A stretch of 64,000 nucleotides of DNA, from the IMG/VR virus record IMGVR_UViG_3300035499_000517, positions 96,001 to 160,000 of that record. One strand, written 5' to 3'. The position numbers were made by a program, and so were the translations under genes. Of this stretch, positions 59,726 through 64,000 are shown in pieces (the first letter of the stretch is position 1; each line of letters begins with the position of its first letter). This stretch comes from a virus. Lineage: Duplodnaviria; Caudoviricetes. The notes beneath the pieces are model-generated. The model was not told where the DNA came from. It ran no database searches and worked only from the letters and a program-made list of their open reading frames with translations.

Positions 59726-60529
59726 TTATTTCGTCTTCTTCTGGCAGTATGCTGCGGAAACATATCCTTCATACTTGCCGTAAGCAACGTAATACCAGGT
59801 AGCCTTTGAGCTGTCCGGTGTGTAATATCCATAGCAGGTAATCTCGCTTCCCTTCGGAATTGTCGTGATGATACCCTTGGTCTTTCCAGCACCAAGACGA
59901 AGATTCAAGTTGGAAGTGGTCTTGTAGGTTCCTGCGAAGTCCGAATTCTTCTTTGAAGCTGCTTCAACAAGATTCTTGCTGTAGGTTGTAACCTTAGTAG
60001 AAGTACTAGTTGATGTAGTCTTGCTAGAAGAACTTGAGCTGCTGGAAGATGACTTAGAAGCAGTCTTAGCCCAAGTAGCCTTGAACTTCTCCGGTGTTCC
60101 ATAGGTTGACTTCAACTTCGTAGCGGTAGATCCCCAGTTAGGAAGCTGGAAATGAGGTCTGTCTTTGATAGACGTCCAACTACCACCCCATTCAAGTCCG
60201 AGTTCCTGACCAATCTTACCAACTTTATCGAAAAGTCCGGATGCATTGTTATATGCATCATCTGATGTCTTTCCATCACCATCGACATCCATGATCAGAT
60301 AGAAGTCAAATGCAACTCCCCACTGATGCATAGATGAGTAAGAAGATCCTTTCGCATTTGTTACAATGGATCCTGCCGCAGTACGTCCCTTTGCATAAAG
60401 AGCATCCTGCTCAGCAACGGTTCTTACACACTCGCTAATACCGATTGTGATTCCTTTCTTTTTACAAGCTGCCTGCAATTCAGCAACTTTTGTCTGTAAT
60501 GTAGGATGTAAAGCACTAATGTCTCTCAT
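59726..60529 (-). CDS. Endolysin: M15 L-Ala-D-Glu peptidase (CwlK/Ply500-like) + Ser/Thr linker + SH3b domain
   Basis: RT..EQDALYAKGRT, SMHQWGVAFD, LEWGGSW...DRPHFQL; LNLRLGAG...WYYV...GYVSAAY. Confidence 0.9.
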   Translation of the reverse strand: MRDISALHPTLQTKVAELQAACKKKGITIGISECVRTVAEQDALYAKGRTAAGSIVTNAKGSSYSSMHQWGVAFDFYLIMDVDGDGKTSDDAYNNASGLFDKVGKIGQELGLEWGGSWTSIKDRPHFQLPNWGSTATKLKSTYGTPEKFKATWAKTASKSSSSSSSSSSKTTSTSTSTKVTTYSKNLVEAASKKNSDFAGTYKTTSNLNLRLGAGKTKGIITTIPKGSEITCYGYYTPDSSKATWYYVAYGKYEGYVSAAYCQKKTK

Positions 60530-60571
60530 ACTTTTTCCTCCTTCTATATTATGTCATTTAATAAATGGTTT

Positions 60572-61795
60572 CTACATCGTAAATTCACGATGCAAGTTCT
60601 CTGAGACAATCTCCTTGATAATGAATAAGATAATAGGGACAAAAAAGAAAACTTGGAGATTTGCATCATCTAAATCCATGATTTCATCACAGATTCCGAG
60701 ATCAATATCGTCAATTGTGAGTTCTTCCTTTCTTGCATATCTTTGAATCAGATCGAAAGTCTTATTATCTACAGGACCATTGAGACGAATGGATTCCACC
60801 ATCTCGGGGGTCATGATAGCGTAAGTATTAAGTCCAGACGGATCAAATATCTTTGGGATATCAAGTACTTCAACAGTTCGATCAATCCAGCGATAAAACG
60901 CAGTTTGATTATTATAAGAGCCATTAAAGGTGATATATTTAAACTGGTTAATCTTATCCAGCTTTCTGGTTTCAAAGAATCGATAAATTGATTTTTGATA
61001 TTTGATTTTCCGCTTCGGATCTTCAAATTGCTCGGTTAAGAACAAGGAATCAATCTGTGCTTTCTTATGGAAAAGCTGATGAGATTTGATAAACTCAAGC
61101 TGAAGTGGATCAAATAACTTCTTCTCGTTTTCGAAGTCTGCCAAGAAGCAATTATACCGTTCATTATAAAAGAACGTGATATAAGCATTGCAGATTTCAT
61201 CATACATCGCATCAATTTTCTTTAACTTCTCATTTTCATCGGATTCAATGATACAACGATCTTCGGTTCCGATATTTTCCATAATACAAGTATATTCACC
61301 AACAGTTTGGTTCTGAAGATGCTCAGCTTCTTCATTATCAATATACTCAAGCATATAATTGATTTTATAACAATTCTCCATTACTGCGGTGTCGTATTCA
61401 ACACCCGTAACACGGAAAATGTAAGCATCATGTAAATGCGTAATCATAAAGTAATCATTCTGAAGTGGCTTTAATGTACCAGCCATAATGATTGCTTCAC
61501 CTTCATATTGCGAATCAAGTCCCTGGTCTTCGGTATTGATATTTAATATCAAACTATCAAGCCCATATAAAGGGAGATTATTAATTACCTGAAATCGAAT
61601 CGGGGATTCTTTTCCTAAGATTTCAGCAACATCACCAAACCCAGCATCTGTTGTGGTCTGGTCTGCTTTGATGTGCCAATAACGAACTGGCACAAATGAT
61701 TTATCGGTAAAACGACGAAGGGGAGAATTAAGACGATCTTCAAACTTAAAAATATTCTCCTCTATCATCTTTTGCTCATTCAATAGTGTAGACAC
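60572..61795 (-). CDS. Probable virion structural protein
   Basis: Late promoter AACA-AAGGTA-TA at 61824-61835; beta-barrel-like N-terminal pattern (P..NDYF...FRVTGV). Confidence 0.5.
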   Translation of the reverse strand: MSTLLNEQKMIEENIFKFEDRLNSPLRRFTDKSFVPVRYWHIKADQTTTDAGFGDVAEILGKESPIRFQVINNLPLYGLDSLILNINTEDQGLDSQYEGEAIIMAGTLKPLQNDYFMITHLHDAYIFRVTGVEYDTAVMENCYKINYMLEYIDNEEAEHLQNQTVGEYTCIMENIGTEDRCIIESDENEKLKKIDAMYDEICNAYITFFYNERYNCFLADFENEKKLFDPLQLEFIKSHQLFHKKAQIDSLFLTEQFEDPKRKIKYQKSIYRFFETRKLDKINQFKYITFNGSYNNQTAFYRWIDRTVEVLDIPKIFDPSGLNTYAIMTPEMVESIRLNGPVDNKTFDLIQRYARKEELTIDDIDLGICDEIMDLDDANLQVFFFVPIILFIIKEIVSENLHREFTM

Positions 61796-61845
61796 TTCGT
61801 TCTCACCTCTTTTCTTATCAGCTTATACCTTTGTTTTTGACGGGT

Positions 61846-61987
61846 AAAAACCCGGACGGCCTGCTCATAGCCATCCGGGTTTCACCGCGCAATGCATTCT
61901 TTCCATACACGGAAATTGAGGTTTTTAGGTGAGGGCGTCATCCCTCGACGCAAGGTTTGTTATATGGGCATAGCATATCCTCGCGCT
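61846..61987 (-). ncRNA. Candidate structured small RNA (~140 nt)
   Basis: Late promoter TACA-ATATAT-TA (61987-61998); stems GCGCGAGG/CCUUGCGU, GAGGG/CCCUC, UUUCCG/UGGAAA; terminator AAACCCGGAUGGC...GCCGUCCGGGUUUUU. Confidence 0.6.
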
Positions 61988-62017
61988 AATATATTGTATT
62001 TTGTGATTGAAAATTAA

Positions 62018-63253
62018 TTATTCATCACCATCTTCTGATGCCTGACCAGATTCCTGAGAAGAATCGGTTTCCTCTTTCACTTCAGACTCATCAGTTTTCG
62101 GAGTAGAGATACCTTCTCCCTCAGTTGTTGAAGGAGTTGTTTCTACTGTCCCTTCACCCTGATTATCCGTGGTCTCTGAAGATGTATCATCTTTCTTCTC
62201 GGAATCATCAGAATTGTCATCTGTAGAATCCGTGTTTTCTACCGGAGGTTCTACTCCATTATCACCAGGATCTGTTTTGTAATCAGAGAGTCCGCTCTTA
62301 TCATCTTCAAGATCTCCACTTGGAAGTGAATTATCATCAGAAGAAGTATTATTTGCATCCAGAAGTGCCTGGACAGTATCTGTGTCGTACACATTCACAT
62401 AGTTGTTGAGTGTTGTTGTAACATGGATTGTAATCTGAGTAATATCTTCATCAAAGGAGATATCATCAAAGGTAATACCTTCTGTCTCAGAATCGTAAAT
62501 CGTTACAAACTTCTCATAGAGTGGGTATTCTGCAACTCCATGATGGCGAACCGGAGGCTTCTGCCTCATGAATGTACCAGCCGGATGCTGACCATTACGA
62601 TATGGTATTGGATTCGGATTGTAGTAATCCGGATGAATCATGTCAGAAAATTCTGACTTGTAATAGTTGTCCATTGTATTCGCGGAAACATATCCACTGA
62701 TTGAGTTCGCTTTTGCCTGTAAAATATGAACTCCCTTAATCCGAAGCAGATAAGGAACAAGTCCACGAGCTTTCTGACGAACTCCGATTGGTGTAGATTT
62801 TCGATAGCTACGAACGAACTTCACAACACCGCTGGTAAGAACTGTTCTTACAGAGATCTTATCCTCTGAATCAATGCCATCTGTGTACATCGCCGGAGCC
62901 ATCTCAAACTCCTGCATAAAAGTACCACCATCTTTCATAGATCCATCCCGGAGATCCAAAATCTCAAACTCAATACACATCCGGTAAACATTTGCAAGCT
63001 TCTCAATAGAAGTAAGACCGGAATTTGTGATTCCGTTCTTCATGCTAAATGCAGCGTCACCGTTTGATGTAGAATCTTCTCCAAGATTAGATAATGAGAT
63101 GTTCACTTCCATCTTCTCATCGTTCCAAACTTTCACTGAAGTTGTTGGTTTTGCAGCATCATCAAGAACGATCAACGTATTTGCTTTTAATCTCGGCTCT
63201 TCTATTTCATAAAGATCTTCGCCGAAAATTCCATATAAACCTGGTAAACCCAT
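62018..63253 (-). CDS. Hypothetical, possibly virion, protein with acidic D/E/S/T-rich tail
   Basis: 411-aa ORF; low-complexity C-terminal ~110 aa. Confidence 0.65.
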   Translation of the reverse strand: MGLPGLYGIFGEDLYEIEEPRLKANTLIVLDDAAKPTTSVKVWNDEKMEVNISLSNLGEDSTSNGDAAFSMKNGITNSGLTSIEKLANVYRMCIEFEILDLRDGSMKDGGTFMQEFEMAPAMYTDGIDSEDKISVRTVLTSGVVKFVRSYRKSTPIGVRQKARGLVPYLLRIKGVHILQAKANSISGYVSANTMDNYYKSEFSDMIHPDYYNPNPIPYRNGQHPAGTFMRQKPPVRHHGVAEYPLYEKFVTIYDSETEGITFDDISFDEDITQITIHVTTTLNNYVNVYDTDTVQALLDANNTSSDDNSLPSGDLEDDKSGLSDYKTDPGDNGVEPPVENTDSTDDNSDDSEKKDDTSSETTDNQGEGTVETTPSTTEGEGISTPKTDESEVKEETDSSQESGQASEDGDE

Positions 63254-63258
63254 ATCTT

Positions 63259-63915
63259 TTAATTCCTTTCTCTTTTATTTTGAGCGATTTCTTCCGCCTT
63301 AAGTATTCGTTTCTTATTATACTCAGAATCATATGAGGTCATGTATTTAAACTTGATCTCGATACGTGGCTTACAAGAATACCACTTTCTGGAGATTCCT
63401 TCAATAATAAGAGCATCATCATATAAAAGAACACCTTGTACCATGTCAGAATATGTCTTTGCCAGATTATCAAAGTCTGGTTTCTTAAGTGGTCGTATCA
63501 ACCCCATCTCTGCTAAGACCTGATCAACAAGTCTCATATCAGAAGGGATTGGAAGATACGCATCACAATAGAAAATACAAGGTGTATCAATAATGGGTGT
63601 ATCAAGTGTCTGTTTATAGAAGTTCTTAAAGAACCTCTTATTATCAGCAGCACCACTTACATAGAAATGTCCATTTGCAGATCTCCGTGGTCTTGGAGAT
63701 GCTTTTGGAATTACATAAATGGTGTATGTAACAGTTTTCCACTTGATATTTTTGATTCGATTGATTTCTGGTTTCAATGAATCAAGCGCATGTTTTGATT
63801 TCACATGCGATAAGATGTAGTTTAATCTTCCCTCCTTGTCATTTGGTATTTCTCCGTACTTTTCAAGATATTCTTTTTCCTTTTGTGTCATAATTTTCAG
63901 CCCTTTCTTCTCCAT
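63259..63915 (-). CDS. rusA: RusA-family Holliday junction resolvase
   Basis: PKASPRPR; KPDFDNLAK...D...G.L..DDALI; PRIEI. Confidence 0.85.
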   Translation of the reverse strand: MEKKGLKIMTQKEKEYLEKYGEIPNDKEGRLNYILSHVKSKHALDSLKPEINRIKNIKWKTVTYTIYVIPKASPRPRRSANGHFYVSGAADNKRFFKNFYKQTLDTPIIDTPCIFYCDAYLPIPSDMRLVDQVLAEMGLIRPLKKPDFDNLAKTYSDMVQGVLLYDDALIIEGISRKWYSCKPRIEIKFKYMTSYDSEYNKKRILKAEEIAQNKRERN

Positions 63916-64000
63916 ATTTATAAGCCAAGGAATGAAAAGATTGCTTCATCCATAGCTTCGGTTACTTTTCCAATTACATTACTTGGTGTATCTTTGATAT

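Noticed and set aside
59985-60070. Ser/Thr-rich low-complexity repeat
   Set aside because: Ordinary endolysin interdomain linker.
1-64000. Many short antisense or overlapping ORFs in the track; tRNA or rRNA genes; phage-nucleus shell or tubulin genes
   Set aside because: The short ORFs are shadows of longer genes and lack an RBS; no cloverleaf, rRNA, chimallin or PhuZ signature was recognised in this window.

Overview
This is a 64-kb segment of an AT-rich jumbo myophage of the phiKZ/AR9(PBS1)-like type, most likely infecting a Firmicute (strong GGAGG Shine-Dalgarno sites, an M15 peptidase-SH3b endolysin, an HPr-like gene). It encodes subunits of phage multisubunit RNA polymerases: a full-length beta' gene split by two group I introns, one inside the DYDGD catalytic motif; a beta C-terminal half; and a probable promoter-specificity subunit split by a third intron. 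Other recognisable genes are tail sheath and tube, baseplate proteins, prohead protease, two zincin head proteins, a GroEL-like chaperonin, primase, a RecD/Dda-like helicase, RusA and an AAA+ ATPase, plus blocks of paralogous accessory genes. Two promoter classes can be read from the sequence: early-type TTTCAYTTATATAWTAT and late-type (A)ACA-N6-TA. The least explained features are (i) about 1.35 kb of ORF-free arrays with 5-nt periodicity (TNNNG units punctuated by an extra G) at 28.07-29.73 kb, in three blocks each closed by the same 17-nt motif and interleaved with two small paralogous ORFs, a candidate guide-RNA-like repeat system; and (ii) three stand-alone structured ncRNA genes with their own late promoters and terminators, notably a GC-rich ~325-nt RNA at 34615-34938. 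All assignments come from motif recognition by eye; no database searches were run.
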